From Octopus bimaculoides (taxonomy: Eukaryota): a stretch of DNA of 64,000 bases. The translations under genes were made by a program, and so were the position numbers. Below are positions 10,086 to 23,469 of this stretch, in pieces (the first letter of the stretch is position 1; the number at the start of each line of letters is the position of its first letter). The notes under the pieces are model-generated. The model saw only the letters and a list, made by a program, of their open reading frames with translations, was not told where the DNA came from and did not search any database. The stretch covers positions 53,144,552 through 53,208,551 of the forward strand of contig NC_068989.1 in assembly GCF_001194135.2 (NCBI RefSeq), in the 5' to 3' direction.

Positions 10086-10591
10086 TATGTGGAAAATGGA
10101 GCAACAAATACAAGAAGCAATTCTGTTGGGCTAAGTATAATTAATTACGAGTAAGACCAGAGTTAGCCCCCTTTTCACCTAAATTTAGGGTTGCTCCCCT
10201 TTACTAACACCGCCGGTGCTATAAATATACGAAGCATCCCTCAATCAAAAAATCACGTGGAGATGCATTTGATTAAAATCGGAATTATGAACTTAAATAG
10301 CACACATCCTACATCCCCTTACAGGAAGACCAACACAACTTCAACTAAAACGTAAGGCTTTCTTTACCTAACGCTATTATTATACCACCATATACATTAA
10401 TATATCCACTAATCACTTCTCCTACATCTCTCCTACCATGAACTCTTAACATACTCCTCAACATTCTGAAGAGATCTGCCAAACCATTTGCCAGATTGAA
10501 ACGTGTGTAAATGACTCATTACATAACCTCCACAATGGCTAACTAGCCCAACAGAATTGCTTCTTGTATTTGTTGCTCCATTTTCCACATA
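10086..10591 (+). mobile_element. PLE terminal (pLTR-like) fragment bounded by a perfect 48-bp inverted repeat
   Basis: 10086-10133 is the exact reverse complement of 10544-10591; body homologous to 23043-23430; contains a hammerhead. Confidence 0.65.
10462..10513 (+). ncRNA. Type I hammerhead ribozyme
   Basis: catt-CTGAAGA-gatctg…cagatt-GAAA-cgtgtg-TA-aatg. Confidence 0.7.
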
Positions 10592-10789
10592 AATATAATT
10601 ATAAAATACGGTTTAAACAGTAAATTACCTGCCTCTGGATACCCTCTAACCAAGACGGTACCCGCACAGGTGATTCCCAGGAGTGCCTCCGGATTTAAAC
10701 ATCCCCTGGTTGCTTGGATGCTTCAGACTACCCCTGAAGGATTGAGGCAAGCCTATCATCTACCTATATATATATATATATAAATTGTA

Positions 10790-11100
10790 AATCCAAAAAA
10801 TAACAACAAAACTACAAAGGATTCCGCGGTACACGTGTTTCAAGCTTTATATGTGTATAATTTACAATACAAAGCTATCTTCAGCCGCAAAATTATTTCT
10901 CTCCCAGGAATATTATACCACATCGGCGTTAAGGTAAGAAGAGAGTTGTGACATAAGAGGTGAAGATCCTTTCGGTATTCTGTATAGTACTATACCTCGT
11001 ATAATTCTCCATTTACACATAATTTCTCCGGCCCTCCGAAAACCGTCCATACCTTGCCACGATTCAGTGTGTAGTGTTGAGTTGGTGGTTAAGAACAATA
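10790..11100 (-). mobile_element. PLE 3' terminal fragment (minus strand)
   Basis: Carries a canonical PLE-type hammerhead; only weak protein similarity upstream. Confidence 0.5.
10826..10888 (-). ncRNA. Type I hammerhead ribozyme
   Basis: Minus strand: gcgg-CTGAAGA-t-agctttgtat…atataaagct-t-GAAA-cacgtg(palindrome)-TA-ccgc. Confidence 0.75.
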
Positions 11101-11109
11101 CAATAAAAA

Positions 11110-11520
11110 GACATATATATATACACATACACACACACACACACATATATATATATACACACATATGTATACATATACATAAACATATATACACATACAT
11201 AAACATATATACACACACACAATGTACACATATATACATGCATACATATACATACATACATGCATATATATACATACATACACATATATACATACATACA
11301 CATATATACATATACATACATATATACATATACATACATATATACATATACATACATATACATACATATATACATATACATACATATATACATATACATA
11401 CATATATACATATACATACATATATATATACATATACATACATATATACATATACATACATATATACATATACATACATATATACATATACATACATATA
11501 TACATATACATACATACATT
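11110..11520. repeat. Compound TA/CA/TACA microsatellite
   Basis: Direct inspection (tatacacata-type units). Confidence 0.95.
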
Positions 11521-11639
11521 GAAGCCACAAATATCAACCTTGCTAAATAACTAGCTAATCTCCGGGTACATCGACTGAAGAAGCCTTTTATTCAACACTG
11601 TAGTGATTTTCGCCTGAAATTTGAATCTACCACACAACA

Positions 11640-14600
11640 AAATACTACAAACAGCATGGCTGGACATATGAACATCATCAACAGCAACAACATACCTACA
11701 GAACGAAAAGAGAACATCACAAAAGGTAAACAAACTTTTTCTAATTGTAGTTACAGAAGAAATCATAACTACACAACACATTTTTATTGGACAAAGAAAC
11801 ACCCACCAGTACATGAAAAGACTAAAATCCTACTGGGATGATCTACACCCAGAATTAAATAATTTTACTGCAAAACAACTACGCCAACAAGCAACATTTG
11901 TTTTAAGTAGGGAAAAAGTAAATGATTGTAATTTTATTCCAAACAAAAGTGAAATTTCAAACTTTAAAAACGAGGATGCAAACAATGACGCTGGAACAGC
12001 CATTGATTCTGTAGCTAACGACAATCCCACCCTAGATAGAAATAGCAGTAATTCTAGCAATACTGCTATAGCTAGTGGGAGGTGAGGGATGGTATCAAGC
12101 TCAACAGATGCTCCCTGTCAGTGTCCCCAGCCACCCATGGCTGAAGCGGCTGACCTATTTACCCAAACCGCTATCACTGACCACGAAGAATATGCATCAG
12201 TGAAACATGACCTAAATAATATATTCCATGAACACATTCCATTAACCTTACAAGACGCCCTTGAAAATAGGGGCTTCTCTCCCAAAACAAACCGAAGGCC
12301 GAAAGAGATTATATTAAGAGCAATCGATGACATACAAAGAGATTATCTACAATTATGCAATGATCCCTCGTTCTGGCAGATTAACGCTTGTATATATGCA
12401 TAGGCTGTTACTACGAACCAATATATGAAGGACACACACTCTATAAATAAACATAGAACGAATGAACATAAAACCATAACCGAGAGAACTGTGCCAGCAT
12501 GCGTTCTGAAAACAGAAGAGAATCGCGTGGTTACGGAAGACCATCAATCACGTGACAATGCTTATCGCCTGCAAAGAAACGGGCTACTATACGTCCCACC
12601 AGCAGAGATTGAAGAAAAGGATAGAAGTAATGTTTGGGGACAGTAAGAAAGCAACCCTCAGGTGCAAACTAATCACTCTCAAATAAGAATTGAAGGCTGT
12701 CAGTAAGAGACTCCGCTACCAGAAGAAAGTAGCTGAACGTAGAAGAATAAACAGAAAGTTTAACCAAAACCAGGCAGTGGTGTATAGAGACATGAGAGGG
12801 AAGACAGCGAGCATTACTGAACCTCCTTCGCAAGATGATGTAGACTCCTTCTGGAGAACGATCTGGGGAGAAGAGAAGGAGTTTCACCGAGATGCTCTAT
12901 GGCTACAGAAAATAAGAAATGATTATTGTCCGGGGATTATACCCAAGACATACAAGATTGACGGTGATGTTCTGGCAACTGTTGTCCCAAAACTCCATGA
13001 TGGTAAAGTACCGGGTAGGGACCTGATCATCGGATACTGGTACAAGAAGCTTACCTGTTACCAACCGTACCTTATTAAACTGTACCAGCAAGCCCTCAAT
13101 GGAGATGGCAGCATACCAGACTGGTTGGCTCTGGCGGAAACAAAGCTTGTTCCGAAAAGCAAGGAAACCCAATTGGCAAAAAATTACAGGCCTATTGCAT
13201 GCCAAAATTTAATGTACAAGATATATACAGCGTTACAGCATACCTAAACAGATTCCCCCAGGACCACTGTGAAAACAATAGTATAATCACAGCTGAACAA
13301 GCGGCTGGGAAGAAAGGAGTCTGGGGATGTACTGAACAACTACTAATAAATAAGGTTGTAATGACGGAGGTATGGCAGCACAGAAGAAATCTGGTCTCCA
13401 TGTGGCTTGACTGTCCCCCATTCGTGGATGCTAGAAGCCCTCCGACTTGCTAAAGTCCCAGGGAACTTGATTAATGCCATATCTAACCTGACATCTTCCT
13501 GGGCCACCATAGTGAAGTTGAATACAGTAAGTGGATGTATCACCAGCAAAAAAATACAATATTGCAGGGGGATATTCCAAGGAGACAGCCTCTCTGTGAT
13601 GCTGTTCATACTGTCGGTAAACCCATTATCATACATGCTGAAGAAGTCTGAAGGGTATCTAATTGGAGCGCAGGCAAACAGAAACACCAAAATTACACAC
13701 TGCTTCTTTGTGGATGATTTGAAATTGTATGCCAAGAACATGGATGATATGAAAAAAAGCCTCGACCTGGTCACAATATTTTCTGGTGATGTAGGACTAG
13801 AGTTTTGCCAAGATAAATGTTCCTATATGGTTGTGGAACGAGGAAAGGCTAAAAGCCACATCAACAACATCTCCATCAATGGCCTATCTGTTTCTCCAAT
13901 ATCTGATGAGGAATCCTACAGATGCCTGGGAGTAGATGAAAACATATCATACGAAGGCACTTGTAACAAGGAACGTGTTACTAAGGAATACAGAAATCGG
14001 GTTAGGAAAATATGGACCTTGAAACTCTGCATTCAATAAAGCAATAGCCCACAATGTGTTTGCAGTACCAGTTCTCGTACTGACATTTGGGATACTTGAC
14101 TGGACGATCGATGAAATCCGAGCCCTTGATGTGATGACCCGGAAAATACTAATGAGCACGAACAACTTTCAGATCAATAGCGACGTAGACCGCCTATACC
14201 TAAAACGAAATAAAGGAGGGAGGGGCCTAACATCAATTCAGACTGCCTTTGAATGCCGTGTCATATCTCTTCGACATCATTTCATAACCACCAAGTGTCG
14301 AAGTGCACCCCTTGATGAAGTCTGCATCATGAGATTAGGAAGGCAACTACTTGACAAGCATTCCCTATTAGACAACCCTGAACTCTTACCCAAAGAAATT
14401 GCAAGACTCTACCGTAACATAACATCGGAGGAGAGGATGAATGCATTCCAGCAGAAGACCATGCATGGATACGTTAACAGAAAGCTCCAGGGTGATAACA
14501 ACATTGACAACCAGAGCAGTCTATTGTGGACAAACAATCAGGTCACCCACTCTCACTTTGAAGGGTATGCCTTTGCTATTCAAGAACAAGAAATAGCAAC

Positions 14601-15112
14601 CAAATTCCTAATAAACAAACGGGACAGAAAGGCAGGCAAAGCGACACAATGTAATAACCGACGCAGACTCTGTGGAATCAGTATCGAAGATATCACCCAC
14701 ATCATCAGCAGCTGTCCAAAAATGTCATCACTGTATTACCTACCTACGAGACATGATGTTGTGGCCAAGACACTGTACAATGAAATCCGCCGACAGGATA
14801 ACCCCGGGGCTAAGGAGATGAAAACCCATAATGTGGTAGAGGCCATTACCACTNNNNNNNNNNAATGAAATCCGCCGACAGGATAACCCCGGGGCTAAGG
14901 AGATGAAAACCCATAATGTGGTAGAGGCCATTACCACTCACAATATGAAAGAGTATTGGAGGAATGTCCCAATAAAAACCACAATAAAATCCAGGCATAA
15001 TAGACCGGATATAGCAACCTGGGACAGAGAAGAGAAACTGTGTACAGTAGTAGAAATCAGCTGTCCTGTGGATGTCAACGTCACACTAAAGATTAGAAAA
15101 AAAGAGAACAAC
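11640..15112 (+). mobile_element. R4/Dong-clade non-LTR retrotransposon with restriction-like endonuclease, near full-length, frameshifted
   Basis: N-terminal WDDLHPE…LRQQA; RT AGKKGVWGCTEQLLIN, GIFQGDSLS, FVDDLKLY; RLYLKRNKGGRGL; CCHC-like RLCGISIEDITHIISSC; RLE HNRPDIATWDREEKLCTVVEISCP. Confidence 0.88.
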
Positions 15113-15480
15113 TCTGTAGAAAAGGCGCAGGTAGAAACTTCATAAGATGTACCCAGTGCAAACTATAGACACATAAAAGGTGCAGCAATATCACAGGATG
15201 GTTAACCAGGAAGATAGTTTTTGTGTGTGGCAGATGCTCAGTGGCAAAAAACACTGTAAATGAGTAGAAAACAACTTCTGCCACACTCCAAGGAGAAAAA
15301 CTAGACGTAGTTGATAGCTTCCGCTATCTAGGTGACCAAGTTAGCAGCGGGGGATGGTGCGCTGAAAGTGTAGCTGCTAGAATAAGAATAGCCTGGGTAA
15401 AGTTCAGAGAGCTCTTACCTCTGCTGGTGACAAAGGGTCTCTCTCACAGAGTAAAAGTCAGACTGTATGACGCATTGGTT
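15113..15480 (+). mobile_element. RTE-type LINE fragment
   Basis: Cys-rich CRKGAGRNFIRCTQC… followed by EKLDVVDSFRYLGD…AARIRIAWVKFRELLPLL. Confidence 0.8.
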
Positions 15481-15499
15481 TTGGGATGTGGGCATTTAT

Positions 15500-16150
15500 C
15501 CCTGAGTATAACCAATGTATAATTATCAAAAACTACCTAAAAGAAGCGCAAATAGGGAAATTATATGGTATACACCTCCATTTTCATTAAGAGTCAAGGG
15601 CTTAGCTAAGAAATTTTTGAATATAGTTAAAAAATGTTTTCCTAGGAACCATAAATATCACCACATATTTAATAGATCATCCATTAAAATATCATTCTCC
15701 ACAACACCAAACATAGGATTTTGCTCATGTAAAAATAACGAATTATGCCCGTTAAAAGGCAATTGTAAATGATCCAACGTAATATACAAATGCATAGTTA
15801 CATCAACTAATAATTCACATAATATGGTATATATAGGGAGGTCGATTAATTTTAAACAAAGATTTTTAGTTCACATTCTTTTAACCCAAATATAACTACT
15901 AATACCACATCATTAGCTACATATATACATAAACTCATGAAAAATAAAATCAACTACACACTAGAATGGTCAATAATAGACTCAGCCACACCATACAAAT
16001 TGCCGTCTTTGTACGAAAGAGTCACCACATATATTACTATATAAATACGACAATCTAATAAATAGTCAATCAGATGCTTTTACAACATGTAGACATAAGT
16101 TTTATAAAACCTTTAAATACTATGGAAGATCAAATAAAAATTAAATTTAG
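15500..16150 (+). mobile_element. PLE 3' fragment (linker + GIY-YIG)
   Basis: REIIWYTPPFS…IFNRSSIKISFSTTPNI…CPLKGNC…NVIYKC. Confidence 0.8.
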
Positions 16151-16199
16151 TACATATATACACTTGAGCATAGGTATTGAAGTGGAAATATATTAGAGA

Positions 16200-17850
16200 A
16201 GGTGTAGGGTCGAACTTACAAACTCTTCACATTCCACACAGTTTCACCTTCACCTCCTCCAACCTAATTTACTGCATCAAATGCACCCTATGCAACCAAC
16301 TCTACGTGGGGCAGACGGGCCGCCGGCTGGCCGACCGTTTCACCGAACACCTAAGGGACGTTCGGCTAGGTTCAGACTCCCTCGTCGCTTCCACTTGGCC
16401 AACCACTCTCCCTCTAACATCTCCGTTTTTGGCCTCGCCCTGCACCATGGGTCCACGCCCTCACGACTCCACTTGGAGCAACGCTATATTTTTAACCTTA
16501 ATTCTTCTTTCCCCTTCGGACTCAATACAGCCCCCTCCTCCTTATGATTCTCCCCTTTACGTCTATGCAACACTTTTCTTTATTTTTTTACCACCCCCTC
16601 GTCCCCTTTACATTATATCCATTATTCTCTTATTACACTCACTACATTTTTCCACTTTTTATCTCACCCTTTCCTACATGCACACATACCCACACAAAAA
16701 ATACACGCACCCATACACACACATGTAAGCACACCTACCCCCAACACACATGCATGCACTCACACGCTCAGACTCGCCCACACACTTATACAAACGCACA
16801 TACACACGCTAACAATCACGCAAGCATACACACACACACAAGCATACACACCCTTGCACACATAATCCACATATACCCCCATTCACAAATACCTCCCACA
16901 CACCTGACAACCCATACATACCCTCATTCACATATACCTCCCACACACCTTACATATATACTGCCCACATACATGCGCGCCCTAACACACACATAGACGA
17001 ACGCACATATATACACACACACACCCATATATACGCGCACGCCTACATACACATGCACACAGGAGTGCACACACATACCTGGCACACACATACACACTCA
17101 CATACATAACACACACGCACAAAAACATACACAATACACGCACACACAAAAAATATACACACATGCGCACGGAAACATACAGACACATATAAACACACAC
17201 ACACCCGTACCTAACACTCACAAACCCACACCCACGCACACTTCTCACCAACACTACACACTCACACACATGGGCATAAACAACACACGCACATACAATA
17301 GCAAATGCATGCACACACACGTACACAGCAACGCACATATACACACAAACACCCACGCACGCACAAAAACACACACGCGCACATACAAAATACACACACA
17401 CGTACACATACCCAACACCTACAACCCCACACAAACACGAACACACACATACTCAAAAAACCGCCTGTTGACCTTCCACCTAACACTGTCTATAAGTATC
17501 CACTAACCATTCCTGCTACTAATTCCTTCCACTACGTCATACACACGCACACACACACGTTGTTATCACACACACACTCGCTCACGCACAGATATTCATC
17601 TCCCTTTTTCACTCTCCTGTCTTAGAAAGAACTTTTCCCCCACCATCTCCTCCGGTCTTTTCACAATGTAACCTCGTGGTCATCAGTACCATTTTCCTCT
17701 TTCTCCGTTTTTCCATTCTCCGAACTTTCCATCTTTCCGACGAAGGGCTACGCCCGAAACGTCATACACTCTCTCTTTCCTTTCCCGAGCGTCCAATAAC
17801 ACTATCCGTATCACGTCCTCACTTTGTTGTTTTTTTGTTATTGTTTTTTG
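16200..17850 (+). mobile_element. PLE 3' fragment (GIY-YIG) with CA-rich low-complexity expansion (~16680-17590) and terminal hammerhead
   Basis: SSNLIYCIKCTLCNQLYVGQTGRRLADRFTEHLR; ends near a hammerhead core. Confidence 0.8.
17737..17763 (+). ncRNA. Minimal hammerhead core, U4C variant
   Basis: CCGACGA-a-gggc tac gccc-GAAA-cGTC; stem I poorly formed. Confidence 0.5.
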
Positions 17851-17854
17851 AACT

Positions 17855-17898
<44 letters not shown>

Positions 17899-18249
17899 GT
17901 ATTTTACTTGTTTCAGTCATTTGACTGTGGCCATGCTGGAGCACCGCCTTTATATATGTGCGTGTGTGTGTATATATATATGCACGTGTAAACATGTGTA
18001 TATGTATGTGTAAACACAGACTTCTCCTTTATCTTCTGTTTTCCCCTTGTTTTCTTATTCTTCTTTTTCGAATACCAAAATAAAGAAATAATTCTACAAA
18101 TATCGATAGACAAATTATTTTGAATGATCCTCCATTTATACATATATACACATAAGAAATAAAATAGACATAATTAAAATTGAATAAATATTCCTAGAAT
18201 TTGAACCCAGAAACCCACCAGTTATAACCTATAATAACTTATCAATGCC

Positions 18250-18462
18250 ACTTTCATGGAACAAATCATACTGCAACCAACCAGATCAGACAACATACTG
18301 GATCTCTGCTTCACAAACAATATGGACATTATCCATAATGTTAAAGTGACACCGACGCTAATCTCGGATCACAATATAATAGAGCTGTCTATGTATGGAC
18401 CAAAAGCTCCTGCAGACATACAGCCTATACGAAGCACCCAAAATCTCTCAAAACTAAACTAA
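18250..18462 (+). mobile_element. CR1-like endonuclease fragment
   Basis: MEQIILQPTRSDNILDLCFTNNMD…ISDHNIIEL, homologous to 8218-8376. Confidence 0.85.
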
Positions 18463-18479
18463 ACTGCTGCAGCAACTTC

Positions 18480-19750
18480 ACTCCTTGTTTGGCAGGATAT
18501 GGATTAGTGAACCTGTACCTGAGGATTGGAGAGATACAGTAATGGTGGTTTTATATAAGGGAAAAGGCAACAGGAATGATTGCGGCAATTATAGGGAAAT
18601 ATCATTGCTTTCTGCCGTAGAAAAGGTTTTATGCAGGGTACTTCTGGATCGTCTGCTGAAACATGTTGCAGATTGTGTTCTTCCAGAAAGTCAATCTGGC
18701 TTTCATGTGGGATACAGCACTGCAGATGTGATTTTCTCAGCTAGGCAGCTTCAGGAAAAATGTGTGGAATGGGGTCTGGATTTATATCAGGTTTTTGTCG
18801 ATCTGACAAAAGCCTTTGATACCGTTAATGCACAGTGGAAAGTCCTCCAGAAACTTGGTTGTCCTGAAAAGTTCCTTGTTTTGATTAGGTCTTTTCATGA
18901 AGACAAAGGGTAGGGTTAATGTTAGAGGTAAAATCTCGGAGCCCATCTCAATAAAAAATGGAGTGAAACAGCGATATTCTGGCACTGACCCTATTTGTCA
19001 TATATTTTGTGGTTTTCTGTATTGCGTTCATAAATTGCAGATATGGTGTTTACATCCATTATCGAACCTCTGGCAGCATATTTAATATCAGGCACTTTGC
19101 TGCAAAAGCAAAGGTATTTACCTCTATCATAAGAGACCTTTTGTATGCAGATGATCGTGATCTAGTAGCACACACAGAGATTGATATGCAACACATTTTG
19201 AATGCATTCTCTGATGCTTGCACTGCCTTAGGATTGACAGTCAGGCTCAAGAAAACTGATGTCATGTACCAACCTGCCCCTGGTAAGCAGTATAGTGAAC
19301 CAAATATCTATGTGTATGGTAAACGACTTGATCAGTTTGTCTACCTGAGAAGCACTTAATAGATAGAGCAATTTGGATACTGAAATTCCATACAGAATTA
19401 GGAAAGTGATGCTTTCGGAAGGTTAGAAAAGGCACCTCTGGAGTCGGTGAGACATATGTAGGAAGACAAAGATAAAGGTGTACAAGGAGTGTGTACTCTC
19501 TTTTCCTAATGTCTGCGAGACCTGGGTCACATATCGATACCACCTTAAACAGCTGGAACGTTTCCATCAGATATGTTTCAGATGGATCTATGATAATAAG
19601 TGGGAGGACTGCATCAGTCATCTTTAGATATTGGAAATATTTCCAGCAAGATTTGCCCCTTTTAATTAACCTGACCATAGCCAGCCAAAAATATTTTTGG
19701 TTCAGACGACCAACGTGAATTTCAGCACAAATCTCATTAGTAAATTTGTG
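18480..19750 (+). mobile_element. RTE (BovB-like) LINE RT fragment, decayed
   Basis: VPEDWRD…KGKGNRNDCGNYREISLLS…LPESQSGF…FVDLTKAFDTV; LLYADD. Confidence 0.88.
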
Positions 19751-19829
19751 AAACACAATTTCACTTTGTAAATAGTTGAGTTACAGCACCCAACATTATT
19801 TGATGCGATATCTGAGCTCTGCGTATTTT

Positions 19830-22800
19830 TTTAGAAAAATTAAATTCCGTAAACATACCAACCATCTACAGAAATATGAAAGAAAAAATTACAGAAATCA
19901 ACATCACGAACAAGATCTTCATTAAGACTAAAAACTTATATGCGGTTGATAAGGACGTTTACAAGCATCTAATTTTGAATTGCATCACTGACCCATACAA
20001 AAAAGACAACACAAATTTATACAAAGAGGTGAATTTGGAGGCAAGAAGAATAGCTAACAATCTTAAGATTAGCAATAGAATAGAATACCTTTCCCCCCAA
20101 CCTGCTTTTATTACCCCAAAAGACCATAAAGCCAATTTTAATAGAAACCCCAAATGTAGATTGATTAATCCTGCAAAAACTGAAATAGGGATTATTAGCA
20201 AATATATTTTAGACCGGATTTTAATTAAGTTAGATAGTGATTTAAATTTACGGATTTGGAAAAATAATAAGTCAGTTATAGATTGGTTTAAAGGGATTAG
20301 CCATAAGCATAGCTGCAAATTTACGCAGTTCGATGTTGTTGATTTTTACCCATCAATATCCAGACCTTTGCTCCTGAAAGCATTAGAATTCGCCAAGCAG
20401 TATGTCAACATCGATAGCTCGGAAATAGACATTATAATGCACGCAAGAAAATCACTTCTTTTTCTCGAGGAATCCACCTGGATTAAAAAGAGTGAAGATT
20501 CTCTTTTCGATGTACCGATGGGGACATACGACGGGGTTGAATTATGCACGCTAATAGGGGCTTACATTCTGCATTATTTAAAACTGGAATTTCCGTTTAT
20601 AGATGCAGGGTTATATAGGGATGACGGTCTTATAGTCACCCATAATTTAAACGGCCATGAACTGGATAAGCTCAGGAAGGATCTTATAACTTTCTTCCAA
20701 AGGATAGGTTTACGGATCACAGTAGATACTAACCTAAAAAAAGTAAATTTCTTAGATGTAAATTTAGACTTGAATTCGGATATATTTAAACCTTACCGTA
20801 AACCAAATGACAAACTATCCTATATTAGCAGAGAAGCCAACCATCCGCCTGTTATTCTTAGAAAATTAGTAACGTAGGTAGGCGAATTTCGTCAATTTCT
20901 GCGGACGAAGCAGTATTCCGTAATGCAGCCCCTTATCATAATAGTGCTTTAAGGAATAGTGGATTCTCTGAGAGGATCCAGTACACCCAGTCTAATGCTG
21001 GCAGCAGCGCAGTACGTAGAACTAGGACTACGAAAGTTTTGTGGTTCAACCCAACTATCAATATGGCCGTAAGAACTAATATAGGTAAGGAATTTTTAAA
21101 ATTGGTCACTAGGCACTTTCAACCTGATCATAAGTTTTACAGAATATTCAATAGAAGAACGCTTAAGATCAGCTATTCTTGCTGCAAAAACTTCAACTCT
21201 TTGATCAGCCAGCACAACAATAAGATAATTGCCAAAAACAATAATGTCGACTGACTCACAAAGAGCTGTAATTTCAAAGATCGAACCTCCTGTCCGTTGG
21301 AAGGGAGATGTCTAGAAAAGGGTATCGTGTATAGAGCCAAAGTCCAGAAAGAAGGCTCGCACGATTATAGAACTTATACAGGAGCTACAGAAAATTCTTT
21401 CAAAACCAGGCTGTATTCGCACAAAAATTCTTTTAGATACCCTGAAAATAGGACAAAGACGAGCCTGGCAAAATACGTCTGGCAATTAAAGGAAAACAGA
21501 GCCCAGCCTTTCAACGTGACATGGAGGATTTTAGGCAGAGCATCGCCTTACAGACACGGTGCCCATAAAAGACCATTGAAATGCAATCTCTATTTGTTGG
21601 AGAAACTGAATATCTTATTCCAAGATAAGAAGGCTCTAAACCAAAGACGCGAACTTTTAAATTCATGTAGACATGCATCCAAATAATTAATGTTGGCAAG
21701 TAATATACCGTATGGGTAGTATATATATATTTTTTTGATAAAGTTTGACTCCTTGTAACCATTGTGCAATCTTACTATTGGATTGGTACCGCATTGTAAG
21801 AATTTTGTATAGACCCCTACGTCATTTTAAGAAAAGCCTTCGACTGTTATATACATAGTTTTTTTCTTCTTCCTTGTTTTTACTTTATTCTATTCTATTT
21901 ATTTTAAAACACTTTGTATACAAATTTTACTGTTTTTATGAACGATTTGACATAGAATTCTATTATGCATGTATTTTCGCCCGATTTTAACTTTTATACA
22001 CCCAGCAGTTTCTTAAAAAGTTGTCTGCATATATACGCTGAGATCTGAAAGGGTTTTTTATGTAGATGTCAGTATTGTAACAATACTTATGTATTTGTAT
22101 GTGTGCGTCTATGCTTACATATAGGGCCTAGGTTTACACTTGTGCATACACAGTTATGATTTCGTGTGTGTGCGTTTTTGTGTATACATGGGTAAGAGTA
22201 TATGCTTATATTTATTTACACATACATGCATCTATTCGCATGTGTGCATCTATGTTATATATGGGAATGTGCGCTTAGGTTCACACTCACATACTTGAAT
22301 GTGTGCATACGCATGTATATGGCTATGTTTGTGAGTATTTACGTACATATCCCCATATATATCTATATATGTGATGCTAATATACATTTTTGTATACACA
22401 TATATACAGTCTAAATTTTATGTAGGTTTACTATATACGTTCTTTTTCTCTCTACTTCTTTCTTCCCATTCCCACCTTTCTTTCTTCCTTTCTGTCCTCA
22501 CGATAGCCACACTTTCTCCCTTTCTATATTAGTAACGTTGTTATCGATACGTTACTCTTTCCCTCTCTACTTTATAGGTTAAGATACAATTTTTGTTACC
22601 AGCGCATAAGTATTTTCGTGCGCGAGCTTAAATGCGCCTAGTATGCGTATATGCTATTGTAATTTTATTTTATTTTGAATGCAGCGTATATTTTATTTTA
22701 TTTTATTGTGTTAATTCGATTATATTATTAATTATTTACAATATGTACTTTGAACCCATTTTTCTATTTAAGGTTTTCTTCGATATTTTTTAAAATAGGA

Positions 22801-22985
22801 TGAATCTATATTAAATTCATTTGTTTTGTTCATTACGCATCCATGACCGTTATTTAAAATGACCAATCAAACAGATTTTATATTACTTTTGATTGCATTG
22901 TTATTCCTTTCCCATTTCTAACAAAACTGTCCGATGAACGGGAACGTGAAACTCAGAGTAACAGTCTTTTGTTATATTTCTGCTG
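19830..22985 (+). mobile_element. PLE-3: RT + GIY-YIG + long 3' region ending in a hammerhead
   Basis: KDHKANFNRNPKCRLINPAKTEIG, QFDVVDFYPSI, VPMGTYDG, LYRDDGL; CPLEGRCLEKGIVYRA…YTGATENSFKTRLYSH. Confidence 0.92.
22926..22965 (+). ncRNA. Minimal type I hammerhead, U4C variant
   Basis: actgt-CCGATGA-acg ggaa cgt-GAAA-ctcagag-TA-acagt. Confidence 0.7.
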
Positions 22986-23042
22986 CTTCTAAATAAAGTA
23001 TATATATGTACACACACACACACGCACATATATATATATCAA

Positions 23043-23440
23043 GTGGAGATGCACTTGACTAAAACTGGAACAATGTTCTTAAATAGCACCCACCCTATAT
23101 CCCCTTACAAGAAGACCAACACAACAACTAAAACGTAAGGCTCTATTTACCTATCACCACTATCACACCACCACATATATTACACCCAATAATTACTTCT
23201 CCTACATTTCGCACACCACAAACTTCGAATATACCCTTCAACACTCTGAAGAGATCGGCCAAACTACTGGCTGCATCGAAACGTACGTAAGTGACTAAGA
23301 CATAATATACAAAATGACTCATTACATAACCTAAACCTCCACACTGACTCATTTCACAAGTTCCACATAATAAAACAACAGCTATCTAGTCCAACGAAAA
23401 TGCCTTTTCTTGTATTTGTTGCTCCATTCTCCAAGTAAAT
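23043..23440 (+). mobile_element. PLE terminal fragment (same family as 10258-10590)
   Basis: Direct nucleotide similarity; shared end ttcttgtatttgttgctccatt. Confidence 0.7.
23242..23293 (+). ncRNA. Type I hammerhead ribozyme, intact core
   Basis: cact-CTGAAGA-gatcggcca…tggctgcatc-GAAA-cgtacg(palindrome)-TA-agtg. Confidence 0.8.
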
Positions 23441-23469
23441 ATATATAATATATATATATATCCTACTCA

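Noticed and set aside
2393-10144. Long ORFs made mostly of X (also at 37.7-38.7, 43.2-43.5 and 50.6-51.1 kb)
   Set aside because: They are open only because they run through N gaps
10913-11554. YIHT/MYVC-repeat ORFs
   Set aside because: Translations of a microsatellite; likewise the CA-rich ORFs at 16.5-17.6 kb, the poly-I/K ORFs at 26.8-27.2 kb and the ER repeats at 37.7 kb
5515-11620. Extra hammerhead-like starts at ~5520, ~10733 and ~11576 (ctgaag…)
   Set aside because: No correctly placed GAAA, stem II or NUH
14779-14938. 75-bp direct repeat in the R4 element
   Set aside because: Identical copies on either side of a 10-N gap; assembly artefact
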